Of a stretch of 64,000 bases of DNA, positions 30,847 through 46,429 are shown in pieces (positions within the stretch are counted from its first letter, which is position 1; every line of letters begins with the position of its first letter). Where the stretch lies: the NCBI GenBank assembly GCA_964016885.1, contig OZ024740.1, positions 170,624,001 to 170,688,000 of the forward strand. The letters run 5' to 3'. The notes beneath the pieces were generated by a model, which saw nothing but the letters and a program-made list of their open reading frames with translations, had not been told where the DNA came from and did not search any database. The DNA comes from Eledone cirrhosa (Eukaryota). The position numbers were made by a program, and so were the translations under genes.

Positions 30847-31500
30847 ATAATAATAAATGTGAAGACTAAAATCCAAAGAGGGCTCGATACGGATAAATAT
30901 ATATGAAATATATAAGAACCCTAGAGCAAATATTTATTAAAATAACAGATTAAAGTTTAAGCAAAGAATCGCTACTTTCACCCTTAACGGGATCTTCTGA
31001 AACTAAAATATATATATATATATATATATACTTATACAGGAAAAATTCGGGACCAGCCGTTTCAACCGCTAGATCGGAACGTTCGGATCTAGCCGTTGAA
31101 ACGGCTGGAGCTCAGCTGTCTAATCTACTACACCAAGTACCAAATTCTCTTGTGAGTAATGGTCAAACTGATTTTTACCCCGTCCATTCTCATCTATACT
31201 TATACATATATATATATGTATAGATAGTTCGATGGCTAGAGAGAAAAAAAGAGGTGTTTGCAAAGCAAGTTTGGCCAAATTTGGAAATCACTCTCAAATA
31301 TTTTAAATGAATTATAACTCTGCATTAATTATTTTTTATTCAGTCTATGTTTTAATTAATTATCTATGTAAGCGCAGACACACACACATTCAAACAGAGA
31401 CACATACACGTACACACACATACACACACACACATACGCAAACAAACACACATGTATAAGTGTATGTGTGTTTGTGAGAGTGTGTGTGTATGTGTGCGCG

Positions 31501-31536
<36 letters not shown>

Positions 31537-31549
31537 CGCGCGCGCGCGC

Positions 31550-31586
<37 letters not shown>

Positions 31587-31704
31587 CGTGTGTGTCTGTA
31601 TCGCAAACACGTATCGATTGTGGTATGGATTTATTTATATGGATTTATTTCAATCACACATACGCAAACGTATGGACATATGGAGTTACATAGGTATATG
31701 TATA

Positions 31705-31766
<62 letters not shown>

Positions 31767-31993
31767 TATATGTATACATATGTTACATATATAAACTTAT
31801 ATATATCATACACTACACGCACACACATATTCGCATATACATATATATATATATATATAGATATATATATATATACCTTGCAGTGACTTCGAAGTATCAA
31901 CTGTTTTTCTGGTCAGAGAATAAAATTTACGCTTTTGATAAAAGTATTTAGTACTCAGGCAGTTAACGTCTAGAGTAATTTAAGCACATTTTA

Positions 31994-32197
<204 letters not shown>

Positions 32198-32713
32198 TTA
32201 TGTGTATGTTTATGTACCGTAAATTCACGGTCCTATAAATATATACTTGGGTGATGATATTCATTAAAGCATTGCTCCAGCTTGGCAACAGCCTAATAGT
32301 GAGACAATAAAAGAAATATGTAAAAAAACAAATGTATATATACCAGTACGTATTCCTAAAAGGGAATACATAAATATTTAGTTATTAGTGATCATGTTCT
32401 CACATGAGAATTATTATATAACTTCTACGAAATATTCCACACATTTCATTTCGCCTCAAATACCATTCTGTAGGTTCAGCTTTCTTACTAAGGTACTTAA
32501 GGAAACATATCTACTGCGTAGTAAGGTGTGTGTATATCTAGACTGTATGTTCGTTGTTATTCATGATATGTATATTGTTTTATTTGTGTGTATGTGTGTG
32601 TGCGTGTATGCGTATGTGTGTGTATGTGAATTTGTGTGTGCTCAGGTATTTTTTATAATGCGCGTTCGCATGTATTTCGTCGGCGTGAGATTGCATATGA
32701 CGCGAAACGTGCA

Positions 32714-32756
<43 letters not shown>

Positions 32757-32914
32757 TATATAAGGACTATTTTTATCATATGTACCCATGTGCAACCACG
32801 CAGTATTCATTCTTCTCATGTTTTTATTTATATATATATATATACAAACATCAATAGATGCGCACACACACAAACATATATATATATATATATTAACTCA
32901 CATATTTAAATATG

Positions 32915-33013
<99 letters not shown>

Positions 33014-33497
33014 ATATATATGCATGCATACATTCATATATACAACATCAATATATGCATATATTATGTATGTACGTACGTACATACATACATGCATATA
33101 TGCATACATACATGCATACATACATACATTAATATATACATAGATACAAACATGTATACATACATACCCACATAAATATGCACTTGTATATGCTCATCAC
33201 CCTAAAGTGCGTGTATAGTTTTAATAACAGATTACAAAATGAAAAACAATATAACACGTCTATGTGTCAGTGCACGTTTTTGCCTGTATTGAGTACTAAA
33301 ATAGGAATTACAGATTGGAATATAGATAGACAGATTTATGTGATAGGTATGTGGGTACACAAGTGAAACACCACATTAACAAGACATAGTCATATTAACC
33401 ATATTAAAGAAGATTATTAAACATCACATCAGTATTGAGTACTCATTCTCGCATCCGTCAGCATCATGTGCATATATATGAATATATAAATAAATAC

Positions 33498-33623
<126 letters not shown>

Positions 33624-33886
33624 CTTCTGCCCAAGCTTGAACCTAATAAGTCTTTTAGATTTTGCATCTCTATGTCTTGTTTGTTCTTGAAATATATATA
33701 TATACCTTTTCTACGGAAATACTTAACAGACATATATATATATATATATTATATAATGTAATATATATATATATATTTGAAGACTAAAATCCAAAGAGTA
33801 TCAGAAGATCCCGTTAAGGGTGAAAGCAGCGATTCTTTGCTTAAACTTTAATCTGTTATATATATATATAGACACATATACATATT

Positions 33887-33994
<108 letters not shown>

Positions 33995-34356
33995 TATATA
34001 TATATATACATATATATATGTGTGTGTGTGTGCGTGTTTGCATTTTGCATACATACATATATATACAAACTGAGAGGGAGAGAGAGACATGGATATTTAA
34101 CATATTTACATATAAAATGAACATACCTATATAGATACAGACCTGCAAACATGTACACATATACACCAGTCGTGCGTCCGAATATACCCATCGCTCAATG
34201 GGCTAGAGGTTCTAATTGAGAGATAAATTTGACGTCGAGGCCTTTGAGTCAGACTGAGTCCCCACCCCCCTGAAGTCACATATATATTTATAATATATAT
34301 ATACATATATAAATACCTAAATCTTTTGATTTGTCATGCAGTTAGACACGTAGGTA

Positions 34357-34422
<66 letters not shown>

Positions 34423-34442
34423 GATGTATTTATATACACACG

Positions 34443-34493
<51 letters not shown>

Positions 34494-35765
34494 AGAGATG
34501 GAGAGAGGGGCAGAGAGAGAGAGATTAATATGAGCCAAAAATTGAACTAAATAATTCTACATTTGTTGGACTCGTAAGCCAATTGTAATTGCGTAGTACT
34601 GTTAGAGACACGTTAGAATTGCATAACAATATTTACACACATGACCAATTTTAATCCGAACACATACACACTTATAGAAAACGGAGAGAGAGATGTTCAC
34701 AACATGGTCACTCAATTTGCTAGAAATGCCAGCCCAGTCTCTCAAGAATCACTCCCTGCCCTCTCAAAGACCGAATAAGTCATTAGATAAAGTAGCCTAT
34801 ATATATGCAGTGTCTGGATAAAGTACGAGGCAGCCACGTTTGTTGCAACATCTGTGGTTGTCCCTTATTTCATCATTGACTTACTGTATCTCACCTCCAG
34901 CTAGATAGTAACAACTACAACAACTACGAATTACATTAAACAGCATATGTCACTTTTGTCTAAAATTACTTAATATTTGTTTTTAACTTTCGTATAGAGT
35001 TTTGCTAGTAGACAATTTGTAATTGCCTAACCGTTCATAAATTGATTTATTTGGAGGAGAAAGTAAATAAAGAATGATTATGAATCAACCTCGGTATATT
35101 TTCTTTACCATAATTTTAATGAAATACATGGCAGATAATTTTCAAATATTTATGAATATAATTAAGTATTTGATGAGATTTAGTAAAATAACTAACTTTC
35201 TTATTACTAAGCTCACGTTTGGAACAAAGGTTCTTCCATAAAATTATTATGAAAGGTATTTAGATAAATATGAACACGTTAAAATAAACAGGGGTTCTTC
35301 TAGGCTGTTTGGTGTGAAAAGGATTAAACATTTTAGCGAGGAAAATTTTCGTCGGATAGAGAGAGAGAGGGGGGGCCAGAGAGAGAGAAAACATTTTTTT
35401 CTGATGTATTTATCTGCTTATTATTTTATCGACCATAAAGAAGGACTGAATGGAATAACCTCACGTAGACATAGCATATGAACTCAGAACATTGAGGAAT
35501 GAAACTAAATAGTCTGGTGCTCTACACCTCGTAGCATAGCAACAGACAGAACTTTAAGAAAAATTAATCTATTTCTGTACACGTCTTCGATCTGTGGTCA
35601 AAAGTTATTTCCCTTCACTTACATAAACAACCAATATGTTTTGTAAAACGCATGAATGTCACAACATCGTATTTTCCTTTTCATCTGCATGTCTGTCTTT
35701 ACAATTACTAACAAGACATACGCACACAATATTGTCCATAAGATTATTAAGTTAGTCTTAATAAT

Positions 35766-36185
35766 TGTTTCTTATATAGGCACAAGGCCAGCAATTTTGG
35801 GGGAGGGGAAAGTCGATTAATTCGACCCCAGTGCGTGACTGGTACTTTATTTTATCGACACCGTAAGGATGAAAGGCAAAGTTAACCTCGGCGGGATTTG
35901 AACTCAGATCATAAAGGGCCATAACTTTATGCTGCAAAGCATGGCGTCCGGCCCTTTACCGATACTGCCAATCCACTGCCCTAAGTTAGTCTTAATAATT
36001 GTTTCTACTTTAGGCACAAGGCCAGCAATTACCCAGTGCATTACTGGTACTTTATTTTATCGACCCCGTAAGGATGAAAGGCAAAGTCAACCTCGGCGGG
36101 ATTTGGACTCAGATCGTAAAGGGACGTAACTATGCTGGAAAGCATGGCGTCCGACTCTCTACCGATACTGCCAATCCACCGCCCT
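35766..36185 (-). mobile_element. Two tandem SINEs at one site, with a triplicated 18-bp target duplication
   Basis: taagttagtcttaataat at 35748, 35982 and 36186 brackets two full SINE copies. Confidence 0.9.
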
Positions 36186-37529
36186 TAAGTTAGTCTTAAT
36201 AATGATTATTTACCTGGGACCATAATGACACCATTGTCATGAAGTTGCACAATTCATTGAATCGTTACAATTTAGGACTGGTATTGATTGTAATGACATA
36301 GAATTAAGTAAGTCAACGTATTACGTGATTAGATGCTCAATACGAAGAAGAGACAAAATAAAATACTAGGAGATATTCAGTCAAACTGTCCTTCCCTTAT
36401 ATATATGCAGTTAACCAATTCTTTTGTCGACTTGCTAAAAACAACAACCAAATCTCCTGTGAATTACACACTGACATTTTCAGTGTGCTAAGGATAATGT
36501 ACTTCTAGATACATTGTCTACACATGAATTGTATTGTCACGACTGGAACGCCTTTCATCCTAAATATATTCTATTAGATTTGAGCCCGAATTAAACAGCA
36601 ACGGCGACAGCAAGAACAGCTAGCAGCTTAACACCCACAGAACGATCAAATCACTGATCAAATGGCAATTGTAGAATTTTTTTGACGTTGGGGTATGTCA
36701 TAATTAGTTTTGTGTTAACTATTTGAGTTACATAATGTGGTACACATGCAGGACTTAACCACAGAATATACAAAGGTAAACTTAAATAATGATCACGAAG
36801 GTATATAATCCAGAACTTGACTGTCTTTTCTGCTAAATTGTGGCTTACGTCCTTTGTTTAAGAAAGGTACGAGTGTCACAAAATTGTAAATTATCCTTTA
36901 ACTTATGAAAATTTATCTTTGGAATAAGCAATGTGAGCCTTTAATGCAGCAAGATTACTTGCTGCATTAAAGGCTCACATTTTATCACATTTATCACTTT
37001 AAAATTTATCGACTCCTTATGCAGAATAATGAGTCTTCTTAGTAAGCAAAGCTGTGCCGTGGTTTGCTGTTAGTAGGAAGGAAAGAGCCGCTCCTTTCGG
37101 TCCTTACTGGCATTCGATTTTAGCACCCATGATTGACTGACCATGGATTTGTCTCTCCATGGCACAAGCTAGGACAGAGCTTTTTCTGGAGGATCATGAG
37201 TCGCCCATCCGTGCATGATTCACCATTCTATGACATGGATGTTGTCTAAGAGAAAGGCAAATGCTGATACACTTTAGCATCAGTGTCTTGGCAACTCAAC
37301 TTTTCTGGATACATGGACTAAAACAACATGAAAAAAGTCTCAGGGATATATTGCAGTGTCCGTCCCAGAAACGAAGCTCATGACCTTATAATCGGGAATT
37401 CAATACCCTAAACCTTAAACCACTCGTCTTTAATTTGTAACTGTTAATTACTATGGGGTCTGATTCTCTGGACGTTATTACAGTAAATGAATTACACTCA
37501 TTTACACATATCGTTCCATTTGTTTTTAT

Positions 37530-38975
37530 TGTGGTAAAATGACATTATTGCTAGATGTGTATGGACTGTTAAGATTTTAGAGTAGCTTTCAACTGGACAT
37601 ACTTCAGTGGGATTTAAATGTGTTTGTAGTAGCGACTGCAGGGAAAAACATAGATGTGTAATAGATAATGCGGCTATTATTCTAAAGATGGATATGTTCC
37701 GTGGGGGAAGGCTATTCTGTAAATATGCTTGTAGCTGTACATGGAACTATTGAATTATTGAAAATGCTACAATAATGCTAAATGTTTTAAAGTTGTTATT
37801 GTTTTTGTTTCATCTCAGATCAGCTCTGATTAAGCTGACCGATATCTCATTGGATTGTTTTGTATGATAAATCCTTTAGAGAATGTAATTATGGAACAAT
37901 GTATTAGTGGGATTCTTTGGTGTAGTACATTCTTCAATAGAATTTATTGTGTAACACTGTATCAAGAGCAGTTACTACTGTAGCAAATTAGCAAATTCTT
38001 CAATGGATATCATTGTGTGACCCTATATCAGAAGCGTTGTCAGTGGTAAAACATTAAGTAGATATTATTGTAAAATGCTTTATTAATGATGTTACTGCTT
38101 TGTGGGTTTCATTGTAGACTAATTTACCAATGGAAACTTTTGGTGAATCAAATTATGGAACGCAGTAACTGTGGAATTTACTGATACGGTAAATCCTTCA
38201 TTGAGTCTGTTAAATATTTTATCAATGAAGGATTTATTGATGTGGTAAGTCCTTTAGTTGGTATCATTATGGAAATGTTCTCCAAGAAGACATATTGTGG
38301 TAAATGCTTGAGTGGAGGTAATTCTGGAATGTATGATGAATTGGCAGAGTGGTTAGAATGTCGGAAAGAATGACTTGTGTCATTTGATCCTGAAGTTTAA
38401 ATCCTGTTGAGATCAATTTCGTCTTTCATCCTTTCGAGGTCGATAAAACATTACTCGTCCAGTACAACGGTTGATTCTTCCTCTATATCTCTTTCTCACT
38501 TCCCCACACTCATTCATCCTCTCTTCTTCTTTTGAAAGAAATTGGCTGTATTCTGCTCTGGAGAACAGATGGGCTCCGGTACCCTTAAAGTGTCTCTGAA
38601 GTGTCCCTACATTGTCCCTGCAACTCAATCAGGAGTTACGGGTCCATACAAACAATTTATGGAACACTGCATGAGTAGAATGTACTGCTGTGGTAAAACT
38701 TTCAGTGGATGTCATTGTGCAGGTCTATATCAGTAGAGGTTATTGTTGTGGTAAATCCTCCGTTGAGTTTCATTGCGGAAAACTGCAACTGCGGGAGTTT
38801 GGATTTTGGTAGAACCGTAGAAGATTGTCGTCATGGAAAAGTGCATCATGGAAGTCATTTAATGTCAATTTGAAGCACTATATCACTAGCACCTTTAATG
38901 TCAGTTTGAAACACTATATCACTAGCAGCTGTGTGGTAAATCTTTCGGTTGATTTGAATGTGGAACAATGTTTCT
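37530..38975. repeat. Ancient degenerate minisatellite (~27-30-bp unit, tgtggtaaatccttcagtagatgtcat-like)
   Basis: Recurrent gtggtaaa..tt.agt.gat.t.att.tggaa units, interrupted by a SINE remnant at ~38335-38470. Confidence 0.5.
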
Positions 38976-39799
38976 GAATGCAAGCATTCAGTAAATAGAT
39001 CATGTTCAACGCTATAGAAATTCCACTAATCCACCGCCCTTCACTGGTACTTTAATTATCGACTCTGAAAGGATAAGAAGCAGTTGGACTCTTTGAGATT
39101 TGAACTCAAAATTCATAGAGCCAGAACAAATACTACAAGCCATTCTATGTGACGCTCCATCAACTCTGCTAAATGTCCACCTTTAGTGGGGAAACTAGAA
39201 CTATATGTTTTGGTATATTTTTCTTATATTAAGAGTAGAGTGTGATTGGAGAATTAATTTGACTAAAATTTCAAGCAGGTTGAATAGATTTTATGGCTTT
39301 GGAGTTCTTGGTAGCAGTATTGCTGTAGTTAATGCATGTATTGTGATGTTTGAAAGGATAGTAGCTGCTGCTATTTATCCTCAATTTCGTTGTTGTTCAA
39401 ATACACATATGGCAACAGTCTTTTCAGTCATGATCATTCCCTTCGTTCTGTCCTTTATATAACCATGGAGTGTGACATGATGAAATTTTTGTTAATTTTC
39501 AGTAGATTGAACGAATAATGTCTTTGGTAGTTGAAGATCCCCGATGATTTATGATGGTAATCGCTGTTGTTGCTTAGTCGCAAGTAATTTTTGATTAAGA
39601 AGTCCTATGAACAAACGTGTTCTACTAATCGTCATCCTATATTTCTTCTCTATTAAGAACTATATTATATTTGTCCTTCGATGTAAAATGCAATTCAAAC
39701 ATGGCTGATTAGCGGATATTTCTAGATGCCATTCGTTCGCATTAATGTTGGGTAAAATTGATGTTAGATTTTAACATCATTATTAAACACTTTATGGCG

Positions 39800-40290
39800 T
39801 AGGTGAATTGGGAGTATCGGTAGAGGGTCGGATACCATGCTTTCCAGCATAGTTACGTCCCTTAACCGTCTGAGTTCAAATCCCGTTTTACTGGTAGCAT
39901 ATACTTTCACAATTATATGTCAGTAATTTATTCATAGCTAGGCATTAACTTTTTCAGTAGTTTCAAATGGGTTACCATTGATAACCAAGTGGTTGTTAGT
40001 GTTTTAGTTGTGTGCACCATTGTCTTACAGCAGTGTAGAACAGTTTTGTATGTCACATTAGTGTTGCTTTGATTTAGGGGTAAGTTATTCTTCTTTTTCT
40101 GTTAATGTAACGTTGTATGTGTTTTGTAGAATATATGTTGTGACAGTGAGGTGGTGAATCTGATTTGTAATTGCTATATGAGTTGTATTATGTCTTTTAT
40201 TGCCTTTCATCCTTACGGGGTCGATAAAATAAAGTACCAGTAATACACTGGAATAATTTCTGGCCTTGTGCCAAACGTAGAAACAATTGT
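39800..40290 (+). mobile_element. SINE split into head (39800-39885) and body (40200-40290) by ~315 bp of unrelated DNA
   Basis: The head ends at gagttcaaatcccg and the body resumes at ttgcctttcatccttacgggg. Confidence 0.7.
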
Positions 40291-41269
40291 CTTTTATTGT
40301 CGGTCGATGATCGCAGAGAGTATGTGATGTAAGTATTGTGTATAATATTGGGTGGTACTTGTGAAGCATGGGTGTTTTTTAAGTTGTATGTTGTAAACAA
40401 GATATCTTATTGTTGTTTATGTAAGAGTATGAGGTGTGTTATTTTATTGAGTGGTGACTGTGTAGTGTATGAACTGCGTGGGTTATGTTGTTTTAATGGA
40501 TTATGATTTTGTAGAGTAAACTTTATGAGGTGTGCAGAGTGTGTTCTATGTGAGTTGTGCTATTAAATCAACTAAAGGTCTTCTTTTCTTGTATGTGTAG
40601 GTTATGAGATGTATCTAGTGGGGTGTATCATTTGGTCATTGCAATCCTGGTACTTAGCATATTTTTTTATTATTTTACTTTCATACCCCATATTCAGGTT
40701 TGCATTTCAAAATGATTGTGATTTGAACGCTTCTTCCTCTAAGGTTTCCTGGTAGACATTTTGGTTAGAAAGGATCTATATTTTCAAAATACAGCAATTT
40801 TCCTTCCTGCCCTTGGTAATTATATCTAAATAGTTTGCGTTGATTTCTTTCTTCGTCTAAACAGACATGATGACCCAGTTTTGTGGCCGGGTCATTGTTC
40901 TATATCTGCTTGGTAGATACATAACACGATTTCTCATCTATTTTTATGTCGAGGTGTCGAAATTTTGCTAGTGTTGTAAATTTTTTTTGTTCACTTCCTT
41001 TGTTTTCAGATTTTAGAAGAACTGTACGCGTAGAGTTTTTTTTTTTGTCATCGTTTTATCACGACAGTCTGATGGACCGTTTCTAGCTTGTATCTTGTCT
41101 TTTAACTATTTCTGCTGTTGTTTTTCTTTTTTGTTCATATTCTGGGATTCCAAAGTATATCCAGATTTGATTTTCTTGCAATAGCATTAGAATCTAAGTG
41201 CAATTTAACATCACAATTAAAACAGACAGTACCAGACAGAATGAGATGGACCTCGTCTTTATAGTTTCA

Positions 41270-42215
41270 CTTTTGTCTATATGAGTCAAATGCCACCGAG
41301 CTCAACTTTGGCTTTCATCCTTCTGGGATCGATAGAATCTAGTACCAGTTTGGCGTTGAGTTAGTTGACTTTACCCTTTGTTCTTTATCCAAATTTGCTG
41401 GTCTTGTGTCTCACCAGTAATGCACTGGGGTCGGTTTAATCGACTTTTCCCTCTCCCCCAAATTGCTGGCATTGTGCCTATAGTAGAATCTTTATTGTTA
41501 ATATTATTTGAAACTTGCTTTCTAGCATAGAGTTACGTCCCTTTACGGTCTGAGTTCAAATCCCGCCGAGGTTAACTTTGCCTTTCACACTGATTGTGTC
41601 GATAATATAAGTACCAGTAATGCATTGGGATAATGGCTGGCCTTGTGCCAAAAGTAGAAACAATTATTTAAAACTTGCTTTCATTTTTGCTTCTTTCCCA
41701 AATCATGCCGAGTGTCAACCTGTCACCCGAGACAAAATTTGATAATGCATATGTTTTACAATCAATTGTCATACAGATGATGCCACTAAGGCACACACAT
41801 CAGTAAATGTCTTTGCGGGGTCTTTAAATTAATAATACCATCCTCAGGACATGGACAGTGTTAGTCAGCACAATATTCTGTATCTCTTCCAGAGGTATTC
41901 CGGTATTTAGTCCAAATATTTTTCAGTTCACTTTTTTATCATTCCAAGTGCGCTGGCTACTTTGCCTTTCATCCTTACGTGGTCAATAAAATAAATCACC
42001 AGTAATGCACTGGGGTCGATTTAATCGACTTTCGCCTCTCCCAAAATTTCTGGCCTTGTATAAAGTTTTGGACAACATGCTCTGCAACATAGACTTATGA
42101 CTCTTTATGTTTTGAGTTCAAATCCCGCCGAGGTTAACTTTTCCTTTCATCCTTACGGTCGATAAAATAAAGTACCAGTAATGCACATGAGTCGATTTAA
42201 TCGACTTTCCCCTTC
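41270..42215 (+). mobile_element. Cluster of four to five SINE copies or fragments
   Basis: Consensus matches. The copy at 41523-41662 is flanked by a ~20-bp TSD attattt(g/a)aaacttgctttc. Confidence 0.8.
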
Positions 42216-42247
42216 CCTGCGACAATAGCAGCAACAGCAGCAGCAGC

Positions 42248-42331
<84 letters not shown>

Positions 42332-42949
42332 TTAATATTTGCTGTAGAAGAAAGCTTAAAATATTTCCATTTGATATAATCAATTACTCGACGAAATATG
42401 GTAGAGAGATTATACGTTAGGATCTAACTTGTTATTTTTATAATAAGGTATCATGATTACGATTGTTGATACTTCTTTTACTTCTGATCTGATTTATGAG
42501 CTGCCTATGCTATCATTCTCTGTTACATATAATCTATGAAGTGTGTCTCATGTCACTGCATATAAATATGCTTTATATGCAGTGGTTGAGCATAATTTTT
42601 ATATGCTAATGCTCCCAGTTTGATATTTTTGCTTTCTATTGTTTTCGATTTTACTATTGCTTTGTTTTAAATCTCTCCTTCAATCAATGTTAATATTGAT
42701 AATCGTTTTGAAAACTTGTTTTACGGCATTGCAAAAAGATGACTGCAGGTTATGGCGTACATGCCTTTAAATTATTTTATAGAAACAGCCCAGTTTTCAA
42801 GCTGATGCATGCTATTTGAACTCAGATCAATGAAAAACAAAGAGAAGAATTAATTAATCCTAGCTATTTATTCTAGATGTGTACCGTTGCAGCCATCCAG
42901 AAATCACCTCATCTATAGTAATAAGGGGTCACTAATATGGATGTTTGTC

Positions 42950-43510
42950 TATGTAGTCGCTTGATATGCTAGGAAGAGCAGCCAGATTTCCTTCAAATCA
43001 CACCTTGCTACTTTACTACATATGCTATCTAAAGATTATATTTGATAATATAATACATGATATCTGAAAGAAAACGATAGAATAGAAATGGCTAGAACGC
43101 TTTTGATCACAGATGTAACCCATCAGAGAGATGAGCTGGGACCAACATAAACACTAATAGGAATTTAAATTTCTTCATTGAATATGGTCACATATAAGAC
43201 TAATTTGACTTCGGTGATGTTTCAACTCACAACAGAGATGGGGGAAACAAAATATTATTAAACATTCTTTCTAGCTTTTCATCCTTATTATATTGTCTGA
43301 AATGTACAATCAGGAGTGCATTAATGTGGTCGCTAGATCTGTAAGAAGCATCATCCAAATCTTCCTCAAAACACACCCTGCCATCGTAAAAACAGAACAG
43401 ATAAACTTATTGGATAATAATGTCCTACATATATGGACGGTCATGATTAGGTAGCTTAAGACCATATTCTTGCTCTATACGGTTGCCATGGAGATAAGAC
43501 TAACAACAGC
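42950..43510. repeat. Old interspersed repeat family (also ~34705-34900, 36410-36600, 43680-43790)
   Basis: Shared gtggtc.ct.ga..tgctagaa..agcagccaaatct.cctcaaa.cacacc.tgc motif. Confidence 0.55.
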
Positions 43511-44677
43511 AACACCAATAATGTTTATCTTGATATACCGAGAGTATTATACATGGAACGAGCATGGATTGCTCATTGATAGATGTATGGGAAGGGTACT
43601 AGAAATCGGATTATGTTTTGTGTTTCATACTATTATCATGGAGAAAATTTTAATTCGAACAAATGAGGGAGTTCTACCTTCTAGAAATAGCTGTTAAATT
43701 TACCTCATCATCGTACCTTATCTCTAAACATAGAGACATCGAATAATGTAGTTTTAAGCGAGTTATTTGACAAGATGGTCACGACTGTAATGAGGTGAGG
43801 AAGAAAATAAATGTATCTCGGTTGCTGATATGCAACTACTACAAATTACCAGAGGAGAGCCGAATTCATTATAGAAGTAATACGGTAAGCAAAGCATCTT
43901 TGAGTCAGAGATGGTAGCATGTTGGTAGGTTTTTGTCAACCGTACGATTGACTTTCTATTTGTTGCGATCTGTTGATATATGCATGTGCGGCAATATTCC
44001 CGCCATGTGTATGAGTCATATTCTGTTCAACACTCTGTAGTGCTGCTGATTAAAGTATCTTAGTCTCTCTCCTTTAACTTCCCCCATGAAGTAAATTTTG
44101 TAAGTGTACAATGCAATATCTACTATGGGTGTGTTAATTAAGACATTATATTTAGCTCAAATGACAAATTCTTCAAGAGTAATTTATATTTAAATATAAT
44201 TTCATATAGTACTACCCTGATTTTACTTTTGTTTGTTTACTCGTGCAGTATATTTCATTCAATGTCGGAGAAATTAATATAATATACAATATCAGTATAT
44301 CAGAAATATCAGTAAACTAGAAATGTACCGACTCGTTGGGATTGTTTCTGAAATCTCAGCAAAGAACAAGAAACCCTTTTCTTGTCCCTAAAGCGCATAT
44401 CTTTTGGCTGGTTTGTAGCCACATTTCACTCTGGGAACAGAGGAAGGGGATAATTATCTTCTGATAAACATATTCAAAGAACCGAAACCTACCAGTATTA
44501 TCCCTAGAATTTTTTTCATTGGCAGAGGATAAAAATGCATTTCTTCGCCTACATTTACATTCCAGAGAGTGGCAAAACTTTTATTGAATTATTAAATTTT
44601 AAATTTATTTGAATTATTACATTGATTTATCATTCATCCAGTAAGCACACATGCAGGCGCACACACACACACACACT

Positions 44678-44791
<114 letters not shown>

Positions 44792-44871
44792 GATAAGCAG
44801 AACAAGCAAGATTCAAACAATTTTTTTAAATAAATTAAAAAAATATTATTTAAATATTTACCTATTCTAAT

Positions 44872-44955
44872 TGCTTTTACCGATCGGTTTCACTTCACAA
44901 AAGATTGAAGATCCATAGGGACCTCCAATGGAAAAGTTTAGATCATCAGAAAGCA
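44872..44955 (-). ncRNA. Type I hammerhead ribozyme
   Basis: tgcttt CTGATGA ... GAAA ccgatcgg TA aaagca: 6-bp stem I, palindromic stem III, GUA site. Stem II pairing is weak. Confidence 0.75.
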
Positions 44956-45359
44956 TTTTCCTTTCCTAGGACTAAAAGTCCCAGGAACGGCAAAATATAT
45001 TGCCATCTGCCAGATAGCACAGGATCGAATGGGGCCGAAAATTTGACCTATGCATGAACCAGTCCGTAGTATAAGCGGAAGTAAACATAGACGTGTTGTC
45101 TACCTCACCACTAAAAATAGCACCTAAATAGAACAACAGATTTGTTCTCTACATAACGGAGGATATTAAAAGAAGTTAATATGCCCACAGGTACTAAGTA
45201 CCCCTGGAAATATATAGGGTGTCTATGATACATGGGTTGTTCTATGGTATTAATTTGACATACCAGAACTATAATATTGAGATAAGCAGAACAAGCAAGA
45301 TTCAAACAATTTTTAAAAATAAATTAAAAAATATAATTTAAATATTTACCTAATCTAAT

Positions 45360-45443
45360 TGCTTTTACCGATCGGTTTCACTTCACAAAAGATTGGAGAT
45401 CCATAGGGACCTCCAATGGAAAAGTTTGGATCATCAGAAAGCA
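45360..45443 (-). ncRNA. Type I hammerhead ribozyme (second repeat)
   Basis: Same architecture as 44872-44955. Confidence 0.75.
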
Positions 45444-45567
45444 TTTTCCTTTCCTAGGACTAAAATATATATATATACGATGAGGATAATGATAACTTCA
45501 TACGACTAAAACAGCCCGAGTGTAAATGTCATTTTTATATGAAATAAATATGTATCATCTCTACTAA

Positions 45568-45661
<94 letters not shown>

Positions 45662-45820
45662 ATATTATAAAGTGAAATGACAGGAGGCCAAATGATCCAT
45701 TCCGCAGCACCAACATGATTCAACATCGAAAATGGATCAGTTTCATAACGTCAAGTGCTTTTCTCGTATTAGGTTGCAGAATGACCAATTCTACCCAGTG
45801 GTAAACCACCAAATTTAAAC

Positions 45821-45855
<35 letters not shown>

Positions 45856-46016
45856 AAAAAAGGAAAAAATGACTTCACTTGTAGTTCTAAAATTTTATAA
45901 TATTATATTATAAAATGAAATCAAATTATTTAGAACTAGAAGTGAAGTCATTCTTTTCCTTTTTTTCAAATATACCTAACTGTACCAAGGATCTCACACA
46001 TTATAAAATAAATAAA

Positions 46017-46059
<43 letters not shown>

Positions 46060-46146
46060 AAGGAAGTGTGGTAAGGAATCGGGTGGACCATAACGCACCA
46101 GCGTACTCGATACTTTCGGTAGTAGAGTGGGTAATAGGAAAATGTT

Positions 46147-46181
<35 letters not shown>

Positions 46182-46429
46182 CCAGGAATGCCTTTGTGAA
46201 AATCAGTGATATGGAACTATTGTCATCTTGCCTGACGGTTTGAACTATACAAAACCACCTGCCTCTTTCAGGTTAAATACCAACCCTACTACCATCTACA
46301 ATCTGACCAATGAGAATCAAGACTATTCCTGCTGACAACATTAATTTATTCCTAACAAGCTCATATGTCCCAAGGCTCTGATACCATCAACACTATAAAC
46401 ACAGAGCTGGCATATCTAAGAACTGACTA

